In this document: positions 1-8,810 of the stretch, in pieces
Layout of the letters: each line of letters starts with the position of its first letter
Position numbering within the stretch: the first letter of the stretch is position 1
From: Lutibacter sp.
Lineage (GTDB): Bacteria > Bacteroidota > Bacteroidia > Flavobacteriales > Flavobacteriaceae
Assembly: GCA_027449025.1 (NCBI GenBank)
Contig: DAIDMK010000014.1
Location: 27-64,026, forward strand
Direction of reading: 5' to 3'
Length of the DNA stretch: 64,000 nt
Made by a program: the position numbers and the translations under genes
Notes under the pieces: model-generated
Databases searched by the model: none
What the model saw: the letters and a program-made list of their open reading frames with translations, nothing else
What the model was told of the DNA's origin: nothing

Positions 1-98
1 TATCTCTTCTTTTCCAAATATTTTATGCTTTTTTATATCGAACTCACGTTAAATTAATAAAATTCTTACTTTTGCTCCTTAAATTTTATACCGTCCAA

Positions 99-2534
99 AT
101 GAAAAATATTTTATTCGCACTCATCTTATTATTTTCAATAGTCCTTGGTGCACAAGACTTAAAATACCAACCTGAAAGAGAAAAAATAAACGATCTAGTC
201 CACACCAAACTAAAAGTGGATTTCAACTTCGAGAAAAGTCAGTTAAATGGCGAAGCTTGGGTAACCTTAACACCTCATTTTTATGCTGTTAGCAAAGTTG
301 TTTTAGATGCCAAGTCATTTAACATCCATGAAGTTAAAGTGAACGACAAAAAAGCAGGCTTCAATTATTCTGACGATGAATTAACCGTTGAGCTTGATAA
401 AACCTACAAAAAAGGCGAAGAATATATCGTTTACGTAAAATATACTGCCAAACCTGAAGAAATTAAACAGAAAGGAAGCGAAAATATTACGGATGCAAAA
501 GGACTTTATTTTATAGATCCAAAAGAGGAAGATCCAAATAAACCAACACAAATTTGGACACAGGGCGAAACAGAATCCAACAGCTGCTGGTTTCCCACAA
601 TTGATTCCCCAAACCAAAAAACATCTCAGGAAATTTATATGACTGTTCCAAATAAATATGTAACACTTTCAAACGGAACATTAAAAAGTCAGACCAAAAA
701 TCCAAACAATACAAGAACCGATTATTGGAAAATGGACCAAAAACATGCGCCCTACTTAGTTTTTATGGGTGTTGGGGAGTTTAGTGTAGTGAAAGATACT
801 TGGAATGGTTTGGAAGTTAATTATTACGTTGAACCAGAATATGCTTCTGAAGCAAAAGCTATTTTTGGTAATACGCCAGAGATGATTACTTACTTTTCGA
901 ATATCACGGGAGTTCCATATCCTTGGGATAAATACAGCCAAATTGTTGTTCGGGATTACGTAAGCGGTGCCATGGAAAATACCACTGCGGTTGTTCATGC
1001 GGAAGACGCACAACAAAAGATGGGACAATTAATTGATGATAATGAGTGGGAAAGTACCATTGCCCATGAATTATTTCACCATTGGTTTGGCGATTTGGTT
1101 ACTACCGAAAGCTGGGCCAATTTAACGGTAAATGAGTCTTTTGCAACCTATAGCGTTTATTTGTGGTTTGCTCATAAATATGGAAAAGACAAGGCTGATG
1201 CAAATATGTACAGCGATGTTCAAACCTATATGACAAGCCAAAGTGAAGACAAAGATTTGGTTCGATTTTATTATATGGACCGAGAAGATATGTTTGATAC
1301 TGTAAGTTATCACAAGGGAAATGCTATTTTACATATGTTGCGCGATGTGATAGGTGATGAGGCCTTTTTTGAAGGTATGAAAACTTACCTTACAACTTAT
1401 AAGTATGGAACAGCCGAAGCACACCAGCTTCGATTGATATTTGAAAAAGTGAGTGGGAAAGACTTAAACTGGTTTTTTAATCAGTGGTATTATGGGAGTG
1501 GACATATAAAAATGAATGTAACTTACGATTACAACACCATCAACAAAACGGTAACCGTTAATATCAACCAAAGAGGCAAATCATTTAAATTTCCGTTAAG
1601 CATTGATATTTATGAAGAAAGTGGCAAAACCACCCACAATGTTTGGGTTGACAGCGCTCAAAATTCATTCACATTTTCATTCAATAAGTTGCCTAAACTG
1701 ATAAATATAGATGCAAAGCATGTGCTTTTGGCTGAAATTGCTGTTAAAAAAACCTTGAATGAGTATATTTTTCAATTCAATAAGGCTCCGCATTATTTAG
1801 ATAGAAGATTGGCACTGGAAGAAATTGTGAAAGATCAGTCGAATAAAGAGGCTTTTAACACTTTATTAAAGGCGTTTAACGATCCCTATTATGAAATAAG
1901 AATATTTGCCTTGGAAAATATCGATTTGTTCCAGAAATACAATAAAAAAGAAGCCATCGACAAAATAGTAAAAATGGCGCAATCTGATCCAAAAACTTTG
2001 GTAAAAGCTGCTGCCATAAGCGTTTTGGGGAAATTGGTTGACCCAATTTACAAACCGCTTTTTGAAAACGGCATGAATAGTGAAAGCTTTGCTGTTACAG
2101 GACAATCTTTAATTTCCTTATATCAAATTGATAAACAAGCGGCTTTAAAAAAGTTGAACACATTGCCTGAAGACAACAAAAAATATATGGCAGATGCCAT
2201 TACCACCATTTATATCAGTGAAAAAGATAAAACGAAGCTTCCTTTCATTGCCAATCATCTTTTAAAGGGAATGTTTTTGACTGAAGATAAAAGAACACAA
2301 CAAATTTATGCTGAAGCATTTAAATGGATTTCGGAAAGCGATAATAAAGAAGCGATTACAAATTTGACAAACGATTTTGTAAAATTGGGATTACAGTATA
2401 AAAAGTACAAATTTGACCAGCTGGGCATAAATATGCTTAATCAATTGGTTTATGCACAGCAACAATCAAAAAATAGCAATAAAGAAGCGCTTATTATCAT
2501 TTTAAAAACAGGGATTGCGAAATTGATTGATTGA
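99..2534 (+). CDS. M1-family zinc aminopeptidase (aminopeptidase N-like), exported, with C-terminal HEAT-like repeats
   Basis: ORF 72..2534. GAMEN motif (VSGAMENTT) and HEXXH-X18-E zinc site (HELFHHWFGD...NESFATY). A signal peptide starts at the ATG at 99 (MKNILFALILLFSIVLGAQ), so the TTG at 72 is unlikely to be the start. Confidence 0.9.
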   Translation: MKNILFALILLFSIVLGAQDLKYQPEREKINDLVHTKLKVDFNFEKSQLNGEAWVTLTPHFYAVSKVVLDAKSFNIHEVKVNDKKAGFNYSDDELTVELDKTYKKGEEYIVYVKYTAKPEEIKQKGSENITDAKGLYFIDPKEEDPNKPTQIWTQGETESNSCWFPTIDSPNQKTSQEIYMTVPNKYVTLSNGTLKSQTKNPNNTRTDYWKMDQKHAPYLVFMGVGEFSVVKDTWNGLEVNYYVEPEYASEAKAIFGNTPEMITYFSNITGVPYPWDKYSQIVVRDYVSGAMENTTAVVHAEDAQQKMGQLIDDNEWESTIAHELFHHWFGDLVTTESWANLTVNESFATYSVYLWFAHKYGKDKADANMYSDVQTYMTSQSEDKDLVRFYYMDREDMFDTVSYHKGNAILHMLRDVIGDEAFFEGMKTYLTTYKYGTAEAHQLRLIFEKVSGKDLNWFFNQWYYGSGHIKMNVTYDYNTINKTVTVNINQRGKSFKFPLSIDIYEESGKTTHNVWVDSAQNSFTFSFNKLPKLINIDAKHVLLAEIAVKKTLNEYIFQFNKAPHYLDRRLALEEIVKDQSNKEAFNTLLKAFNDPYYEIRIFALENIDLFQKYNKKEAIDKIVKMAQSDPKTLVKAAAISVLGKLVDPIYKPLFENGMNSESFAVTGQSLISLYQIDKQAALKKLNTLPEDNKKYMADAITTIYISEKDKTKLPFIANHLLKGMFLTEDKRTQQIYAEAFKWISESDNKEAITNLTNDFVKLGLQYKKYKFDQLGINMLNQLVYAQQQSKNSNKEALIIILKTGIAKLID

Positions 2535-2557
2535 AAATTTTTCGATATATAAATAGG

Positions 2558-2585
2558 AAGCCCCTGGAAACAGGGGCTTTTTTTA
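2558..2585 (+). terminator. Rho-independent terminator after the M1 peptidase gene
   Basis: Perfect hairpin AAGCCCCTG-GAAA-CAGGGGCTT (2558-2579) running into a T-run. It lies between convergent genes. Confidence 0.8.
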
Positions 2586-3005
2586 TGGTCTATAGTTTTT
2601 AAAAGAACCATTCTTATAAAAAATAACGATACTTTCAATTTCCTGATCTGTGTTTTCCTTTATTTGGCGCTCAATGTCATGATTCGGCTGGTTTTCAATA
2701 GTCTTTGATTCATTTTTCTTAATTTCTGGTGTTTCAATATCAGAAAACAGTGTAGGAGCAGACGCCTTTAGTTCAGCAACCTTCGGAAAACTGCCAACGC
2801 CATTTAGCAGCCAATACAACTCAACTTCAGGAAATGCTTTTAAGATCTTTAACACAAAATCCAGGCTTGGTTTATTTCTTCCAGATAAGATGTGGGAAAT
2901 GCTTGAACGTTGCACTTCAATTTTATCAGCCAATAAAGCAGCCGATATTTCATAATAATCCATTAGGATATTTAGTCTTTTCGCAAATTGCTCTATGTTT
3001 ACCAT
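2583..3005 (-). CDS. XRE-family helix-turn-helix transcriptional regulator
   Basis: N-terminal HTH_3-like segment (LADKIEVQRSSISHILSGRNKPSLDFVLKIL) and a low-complexity acidic C-terminal half. Confidence 0.8.
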   Translation of the reverse strand: MVNIEQFAKRLNILMDYYEISAALLADKIEVQRSSISHILSGRNKPSLDFVLKILKAFPEVELYWLLNGVGSFPKVAELKASAPTLFSDIETPEIKKNESKTIENQPNHDIERQIKENTDQEIESIVIFYKNGSFKNYRP

Positions 3006-3021
3006 TGTAAATTATATTTTC

Positions 3022-3035
3022 ATTACAAATGTAAT
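3022..3035 (-). promoter_or_regulatory. Palindrome ATTACA-AA-TGTAAT. On the minus strand it contains a TAcaTTTG -7 box 21 nt upstream of the XRE gene ATG.
   Basis: Read directly. It has the same core as the sites at 3254-3269 and 3279-3292, and TAnnTTTG is the Bacteroidota sigma-A -7 consensus. Confidence 0.45.
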
Positions 3036-3253
3036 CTATTTGTGTCTGATTGACAAGTATAATTTAAAAATCAAATGAATTATCGCTATATATACTCAAC
3101 TATTAATTCATATAACATTATATAACTATATAAATGTAAGCAGTATATAAAATTTGTATCAACTTTTGTTATAGTATTTGATAACTGCTGAAATTTGCGG
3201 CCAAATAGCTCCGCTAACTGATTACAATTGTATATTTTTCTATAATAAATACT

Positions 3254-3269
3254 GTTTACATTTGTAAAC
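3254..3269 (+). promoter_or_regulatory. Palindrome GTTTACA-TT-TGTAAAC containing a TAcaTTTG -7 box; likely promoter and/or operator of the M14 peptidase gene
   Basis: Perfect 7-bp arms. The -7 box at 3257-3264 lies about 29 nt upstream of the ATG at 3293. Confidence 0.45.
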
Positions 3270-3278
3270 ATTCTATTA

Positions 3279-3292
3279 TTTACATTTGTAAA
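3279..3292 (+). promoter_or_regulatory. Second copy TTTACA-TT-TGTAAA abutting the M14 start codon; candidate operator
   Basis: Its centre is 24 bp from the previous site. It ends 1 nt before the ATG, so it is too close to be the main promoter. Confidence 0.35.
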
Positions 3293-4405
3293 ATGATTTC
3301 AATAGCTATTAAAACACTAGAACTTTTATACAAAGAGAATCTTGAAAAAAATTTAAAAGGAAGAAGAATTTTATTCAAGGATATCGATCCACTGATTCAA
3401 AAATTATCGTCAAAATTTCAAAAAGAGATATTAGGGTATTCAGAAAACAACCTACCTATTTATAAAATTTCAATTGGAACCGGGAAAATAAAAATTTTAA
3501 TTTGGTCCCAAATGCACGGAAATGAAAGTACGGGAACCAAGGCCTTATTCGACTTATTTAATTTTTTCGAAAAAAACAATGAAGAGCTGAGTGAAATAAT
3601 CCGATCTGTGCTGACAAATTGTACCATTCAATTTATTCCATTGTTAAACCCTGATGGCGCTATTAAATTTATACGGGAAAATGCAAAAAATATCGACTTA
3701 AACAGAGACGCAGTAAAACGAGAGGCAAAAGAAAGCAAGTTGTTGCGGGAAGTTTTAGATTCTTTCAATCCGAAGTTTTGTTTCAATTTACACGACCAGC
3801 GTTCTATTTTTAATGTTGAGGGAACCAAAAATCCGACCACAATTTCATTTTTAGCGCCCTCAGAAGATATTGAACGTACTGTCACCAAAGGTCGTAAAGA
3901 AACCATGAGCGTCATTGTTGCTATGAATAGTTTATTGCAGCAAGTTATTCCTAGTCAAGTTGGACGTTATACCGATGAGTTTTATCCAACCGCCACTGGT
4001 GACAATTTCCAAAAGCTTGGACACAACACAATATTAATAGAAGCCGGTCATTACAAAGACGATTTTGACAGAGATATCACTAGGAAATATAATTTTTATG
4101 CACTTTTGCAAGGAATCTATTTTATTGCGACTGCAAAGGATTACGTCAATTATAAGCCATACTATGAAATTCCCAATAATGACACTAAGTTTTTAGATAT
4201 TATTTATAAGAATATAAAAATTACCGAAAATAATAGAAATCAAATTACAGATATTGGTATTCAACTAAAATTCAAAGTAATAGCTCAAAAACTAGTGATG
4301 TATAAGTGCATTGAAAAAGTTGGGAATTTGTCAGATTATTACTCGTATAACTATATAAGTGCAGAAAATTTGGATATAACGGAATTAGAATTATCAAATT
4401 CGTAA
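3293..4405 (+). CDS. M14-family zinc carboxypeptidase-like protein
   Basis: HxxE zinc motif (WSQMHGNESTG), plus IPLLNPDG and DLNRD motifs typical of M14 peptidases. Confidence 0.8.
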   Translation: MISIAIKTLELLYKENLEKNLKGRRILFKDIDPLIQKLSSKFQKEILGYSENNLPIYKISIGTGKIKILIWSQMHGNESTGTKALFDLFNFFEKNNEELSEIIRSVLTNCTIQFIPLLNPDGAIKFIRENAKNIDLNRDAVKREAKESKLLREVLDSFNPKFCFNLHDQRSIFNVEGTKNPTTISFLAPSEDIERTVTKGRKETMSVIVAMNSLLQQVIPSQVGRYTDEFYPTATGDNFQKLGHNTILIEAGHYKDDFDRDITRKYNFYALLQGIYFIATAKDYVNYKPYYEIPNNDTKFLDIIYKNIKITENNRNQITDIGIQLKFKVIAQKLVMYKCIEKVGNLSDYYSYNYISAENLDITELELSNS

Positions 4406-4436
4406 ATTTATTAAGTGTTTATCGATTTTTTTTTAA

Positions 4437-4444
4437 TAAATTTG
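4437..4444 (+). promoter_or_regulatory. Candidate Bacteroidota -7 box TAAATTTG for the Lrp/AsnC gene
   Basis: Matches TAnnTTTG and lies 36 nt upstream of the ATG at 4480. Confidence 0.35.
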
Positions 4445-4479
4445 TACTTTATTTTTTTATCATAAACAAACGCAGTCAT

Positions 4480-4959
4480 ATGAAAAAATATATACTTGAT
4501 GAAGTAGATCATCAAATATTGGATATTCTTATCGAAAACGCTAGAACACCGTTTACCGATATAGCTAAAAAATTAGTAGTTTCCGCTGGTACAATCCACG
4601 TTAGGGTTAAGAAAATGGAAGACGAAGGAATTATTAAAGGATCTACCTTAACTCTTGATTATGAGAAAATGGGCTATTCATTTATCTCACATGTTGGGAT
4701 TTATTTAGACAAAACATCAAAAACAAAGCAAGTTATAAACGAATTAAAGAAAATTCCGAATATTACTATTGCTTACATTACAGCAGGAAAATACAATATT
4801 TTCTGTAAAATCAGGGCCAGGGACACCACACACGCAAAAGAAATAATTTTTGAGATAGACGATATTGACGGCGTTTCAAGAACAGAAACTATGATTTCTT
4901 TGGAAGAAAGCATCAACGACAAAAAGCGTTTAATGCATTCTATTTTTAGAGAAGTTTAG
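4480..4959 (+). CDS. Lrp/AsnC-family transcriptional regulator
   Basis: 159 aa. N-terminal HTH (RTPFTDIAKKLVVSAGTIHVRVKKMEDEGII) followed by a C-terminal AsnC-type ligand-binding domain. Confidence 0.9.
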   Translation: MKKYILDEVDHQILDILIENARTPFTDIAKKLVVSAGTIHVRVKKMEDEGIIKGSTLTLDYEKMGYSFISHVGIYLDKTSKTKQVINELKKIPNITIAYITAGKYNIFCKIRARDTTHAKEIIFEIDDIDGVSRTETMISLEESINDKKRLMHSIFREV

Positions 4960-4975
4960 CTGAACTCAAATAGTT

Positions 4976-5012
4976 AAAAATACCTTATTATTTTTTATAA
5001 TAAGGTATTTTT
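4976..5012 (+). terminator. Rho-independent terminator after the Lrp/AsnC gene
   Basis: A5-TACCTTATTAT-TTTTT-ATAATAAGGTA-T5: 11-bp perfect stem flanked by an A-run and a T-run. Confidence 0.8.
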
Positions 5013-5030
5013 GTTTCATAGCATTATGCT

Positions 5031-5038
5031 TACCTTTG
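5031..5038 (+). promoter_or_regulatory. Candidate -7 box TACCTTTG for the fused E1 gene
   Basis: Matches TAnnTTTG and lies 20 nt upstream of the ATG at 5058. Confidence 0.35.
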
Positions 5039-5057
5039 ATATAATTATTCATTTTTA

Positions 5058-7061
5058 ATGGACACAATTAGCAACAAAATTGGTAAGATGGTTTACAACC
5101 GAGAAAAATACACAGACAAAGAATTAATTGACTTATATAAATATCTTCTAAAACCTCGATTGATAGAAGAGAAAATGTTAATCCTGTTAAGACAGGGGAA
5201 AATTTCCAAATGGTTTTCGGGAATAGGGCAAGAGGCTATTTCTGTCGGCATCACCAACGCTTTAAATTTTGATGAATATATTTTACCAATGCATCGAAAC
5301 TTAGGGGTGTTTACTTCTAGAAATATACCCTTACACAGACTTTTTTCACAATGGCAGGGCAAAAGAAATGGATTTTCCAAAGGAAGAGAACGTTCATTTC
5401 ATTTTGGAACGCAAGAATATAAAATTGTTGGAATGATTTCGCATTTAGGTCCGCAATTTGGTATCGCAAACGGAATTGCTCTGGGTGATTTGCTTAAAAA
5501 TGAAGCCAAAGTGACTGCAGTATTTTCTGGTGAAGGCGGAACCAGTGAAGGCGATTTTCATGAGGCTTTAAATGTGGCATCTGTATGGAATTTGCCAGTA
5601 CTTTTTTGTATTGAGAACAATGGATACGGACTTTCAACACCTGTAAGTCAGCAGTTTAAATGCGAAAATATTGCAGATAAAGGAATCGGCTACGCAATGG
5701 AAAGCCATATTATTGAAGGAAATAACATTTTGGAAGTTCATTCAACAGTGCGTGAAATTGCAAAAAGCGTTCGAGAAAATCCGCGTCCGGTACTGCTCGA
5801 ATTTAAAACGTTTAGAATGCGGGGACATGAAGAGGCAAGCGGTATGAAATATATTCCGCAAGAATTAATTGCCAAATGGGCAGAAAAAGATCCCGTTCAA
5901 AATTATCACACATTTTTAACTGCTGAAAACATCCTGTCCGATGAAATAGAGACCTTAATAAAGCAGGAAATAATTGACGAAATAAATGAACATTTAAAAA
6001 TTGCTTCTGCTGAAGATGAAATCTCTTCAACCATTGAAAATGAATTGGCTGATGTGTATAAACATCAAAATTATACGGAAATAGAACCATCAACAAATAC
6101 TTTAAATATCCGATTTATTGATGCTGTATCTCAGGGGTTAAAACAGAGCATGGAACGCTTTGAAAAGCTGATAGTGATGGGACAGGACATTGCGGAATAT
6201 GGAGGTGCTTTTAAGATAACAGAAGGGTTTTTAGAACAATTTGGTGCATCAAGAATTAGAAATACACCTATTTGTGAATCGACCATTATTGAATCGGCTT
6301 ACGGACTTTCAATCAACGGCTATAAATCGGTTGTTGAATTGCAATTTTCCGATTTTGTTACTTCTGGATTTAATCCAGTTATTAATTTGTTGGCAAAGTC
6401 ATTTTATCGTTGGAATCAACAAGCAGATGTTGTATTGCGTATGCCTTGCGGTGCAGGCGTAGGAGCAGGGCCATTTCACAGCCAAACCAATGAAGCTTGG
6501 TTTACAAAAACACCTGGGCTGAAGGTTGTATATCCTGCATTTCCTTATGATGCAAAAGGTTTGTTGGCCACTTCAATAGAGGATGAAAATCCGGTTTTAT
6601 TTTTTGAACACAAAGCTTTATACAGGTCTGTTTACCAAGATGTCCCAACAGAATATTATACAATTCCTTTTGGAAAAGCAGCTTTGCTTCACGAGGGAAA
6701 TGACTTGAGCATTATTACCTATGGAGCCGCCGTTCACTGGGCATTAAACGAAGTTAAGGAACACCAAATTTCAGCCGATATTATCGATTTAAGAACGCTT
6801 CAGCCTTTAGATATCGAAGCTATCTATAAATCGGTTAAAAAAACTGGTAAGGCTTTAATTTTGCAGGAAGACACTTTGTTTGGTGGAATTGCTTCAGATT
6901 TATCGGCTTTAATCACTGAAAATTGTTTTAATTATTTGGATGCACCCGTAAAACGTTTGGGCAGTTTGGAAACGCCAATTCCATTTGCCAAAAACTTGGA
7001 AGCTATGTTTTTACCAAAAAATCGATTGCATGACAGTATCGCTGAATTGATAAATTACTGA
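5058..7061 (+). CDS. Fused alpha/beta E1 component of a 2-oxoacid (branched-chain-type) dehydrogenase, TPP-dependent
   Basis: 667 aa. The N-terminal half carries the E1-alpha TPP motif (GEGGTSEGDFHEALNVASVWNLPVLFCIENNGYG). The C-terminal half resembles E1-beta/transketolase pyrimidine-binding plus C-terminal domains. Confidence 0.85.
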   Translation: MDTISNKIGKMVYNREKYTDKELIDLYKYLLKPRLIEEKMLILLRQGKISKWFSGIGQEAISVGITNALNFDEYILPMHRNLGVFTSRNIPLHRLFSQWQGKRNGFSKGRERSFHFGTQEYKIVGMISHLGPQFGIANGIALGDLLKNEAKVTAVFSGEGGTSEGDFHEALNVASVWNLPVLFCIENNGYGLSTPVSQQFKCENIADKGIGYAMESHIIEGNNILEVHSTVREIAKSVRENPRPVLLEFKTFRMRGHEEASGMKYIPQELIAKWAEKDPVQNYHTFLTAENILSDEIETLIKQEIIDEINEHLKIASAEDEISSTIENELADVYKHQNYTEIEPSTNTLNIRFIDAVSQGLKQSMERFEKLIVMGQDIAEYGGAFKITEGFLEQFGASRIRNTPICESTIIESAYGLSINGYKSVVELQFSDFVTSGFNPVINLLAKSFYRWNQQADVVLRMPCGAGVGAGPFHSQTNEAWFTKTPGLKVVYPAFPYDAKGLLATSIEDENPVLFFEHKALYRSVYQDVPTEYYTIPFGKAALLHEGNDLSIITYGAAVHWALNEVKEHQISADIIDLRTLQPLDIEAIYKSVKKTGKALILQEDTLFGGIASDLSALITENCFNYLDAPVKRLGSLETPIPFAKNLEAMFLPKNRLHDSIAELINY

Positions 7062-7338
7062 TTATTAGAATCCGAATCTGATTCTCATCATAATTTTAAC
7101 ACTGAATAATTCCTTATTTTATTTAAAGTTTTCCTTCATTATAATTTAAAGGATAAGAAATCATGGCATTAATTTTTTATTGTTTAAAAGTAGTTTTTCT
7201 AAAACACAACTTTCATTTTGAGATAGGACTTTTAATGGAAAATTGATAACTATCATTATAGACAATGATGAGCATCATTGTATTTAAAAAATCTTCAGCA
7301 TAAATTAGTCCATTATAAACCAATAAAATTATTTGATT

Positions 7339-7785
7339 ATGCCTTTAGTAAAATTTAACCATCGTATTCCGATAATGGACAGAATGTTTCCAGAATTCTT
7401 AGACATTACTGAAAACATGCTAACTGAAGATTTATTTCAAAGAGAAAATTGGATGCCATCAATTAATGTGAAGGAGCACAAAAATGATTTTCAAATAGAA
7501 GTTGCTGCGCCTGGATTTACAAAAAAAGATATTGAGGTTTCAATTTCTGATGATGTTCTGACAATTTCAGCTGAAGGTAAACAAGAAAAAGAAGAAAAAG
7601 AGGAAAATTATTCCAGAAGGGAGTTTTACCACAATTCATTTACAAGAGCTCTTACTTTACCAAAAAGTGTAGATCTCAAAAAGAAAATTAAAGCCAATTA
7701 CGATAACGGAATTTTGTCGATTCATTTGGAAAAAATGGAGGTTACAAAAAGTATAGAAAAGAAAAAAATGATTGAAATCAGCTAA
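7339..7785 (+). CDS. Hsp20/alpha-crystallin small heat-shock protein
   Basis: Alpha-crystallin domain (FQIEVAAPGFTKKDIEVSISDDVLTISAE...NGILSIHLEK). The ATG at 7339 is preferred over the TTG at 7333. Confidence 0.9.
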   Translation: MPLVKFNHRIPIMDRMFPEFLDITENMLTEDLFQRENWMPSINVKEHKNDFQIEVAAPGFTKKDIEVSISDDVLTISAEGKQEKEEKEENYSRREFYHNSFTRALTLPKSVDLKKKIKANYDNGILSIHLEKMEVTKSIEKKKMIEIS

Positions 7786-7846
7786 TTTTATCTTGCAAAT
7801 CCGGGAATTCTACAGCTCCCAGATTGTTTAACTTAAAATATTAAAA

Positions 7847-8299
7847 ATGGAAAAAAATCAATTGACCCAAATCGAAGAAAAATCAAATTTAGAAAATAGT
7901 ATTGGACGTTTACACGCCAAGGCACAAAAATGGATTTCAGAAATCGAATTTATTAAAGTTGAACAAAATTTTCTTAAGGAATTACTTTCAGAGCATATAA
8001 TTGGCTTGTGTGAAACACATCATTTTAATCAAGCTAAAATGTTTTTGAACGGTATTGAACATGAAGCCAAATTGGGCAATAAATTAATAGAATCCATCAA
8101 GGAAAATAAAATTAATTTGGCTTTACTTCTGGAAAATATTCAATTAAAAAATGAGACTAAATTTAGAAACAATCACAAACTTCTAAAAGTAGAAGTTAAA
8201 AATTATATTGAAAACTTTAAATACATAAAAGAACAAGTATTTGAACTGGTGTTGTTAATTATGAAAAAAGAAAAAGAAAAAAAATTGCTTTCAAAATAA
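7847..8299 (+). CDS. Hypothetical coiled-coil protein
   Basis: Clean 150-aa ORF on the same strand as hsp20, helical and K/E-rich. I recognise no family. Confidence 0.5.
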   Translation: MEKNQLTQIEEKSNLENSIGRLHAKAQKWISEIEFIKVEQNFLKELLSEHIIGLCETHHFNQAKMFLNGIEHEAKLGNKLIESIKENKINLALLLENIQLKNETKFRNNHKLLKVEVKNYIENFKYIKEQVFELVLLIMKKEKEKKLLSK

Positions 8300-8327
8300 G
8301 TCAACACAAGTTCAGCTACTTTATTAA

Positions 8328-8553
8328 CCGTTTTCAAGTTTTGGTTCTTTGAGGTTTTTTGTAATGAATTAAAAACAAATCATTTTGTAAAATATATTGT
8401 GGACGTGACAATTAAAAACTGTGAGATGTTGTTAATTTATGAAATACATTTTAAAAATGCATTATTTTATTTGGGGTGAAATGAATACTGATTTAATGTG
8501 TTTCCAGAAAATTTTGAAACAGCTAGGCTGTAAGAATTAAAAAGTGAAAACGG
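8328..8553. repeat. MITE-like unit 1 (226 bp) bounded by inverted CCGTTTTC...GAAAACGG termini
   Basis: Left end ccgttttcaagttttggttctt against the reverse complement of the right end ccgttttcactttttaattctt gives about 18/22 matches. The interior is about 70-80 percent similar to unit 2 where I could align it by eye. Confidence 0.5.
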
Positions 8554-8571
8554 TTTCTATATTGCATAATT

Positions 8572-8803
8572 CCGTTTTCAATTTTTTAGTTCTTTGAAGT
8601 TTTGTGTAGTTAAATTTAACAATGGCTAATGAAAATGTTGAAGAGGTAAATATTTGTTATACAAAATTAACCAAATGTTTTTTATATTATTTTTTGCAGT
8701 TTACGCCGGTATTATTTTTTTGGGATATTGGATTATACTTAGTTAAATTGTGTTAGATTTTAAAGAAATATAAAAGACGAAGAAGTGTAAGAATTGAAAA
8801 CGG
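8572..8803. repeat. MITE-like unit 2 (232 bp), a diverged tandem copy of unit 1
   Basis: It has the same termini: CCGTTTTCAATT at 8572 and its complement ending in GAAAACGG at 8803. Unit1-right and unit2-left form an 8-bp stem (8546-8579) followed by T6. Confidence 0.5.
8622..8756 (+). CDS. Possible 44-aa small membrane protein inside MITE-like unit 2
   Basis: The ATG-to-TAG ORF reads MANENVEEVNICYTKLTKCFLYYFLQFTPVLFFWDIGLYLVKLC, with a hydrophobic C-terminal half. The homologous stretch in unit 1 is broken by stop codons. Confidence 0.2.
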   Translation: MANENVEEVNICYTKLTKCFLYYFLQFTPVLFFWDIGLYLVKLC

Positions 8804-8810
8804 TTTATTT

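Noticed and set aside
8328-8803. CRISPR array (also considered for the repeats at 45182-45359 and 26461-26496)
   Set aside because: Each locus has only two copies. The units are 230 bp, 89 bp or 16 nt long and do not follow a repeat-spacer-repeat architecture of 25-40-nt repeats. No cas genes are present in the window.
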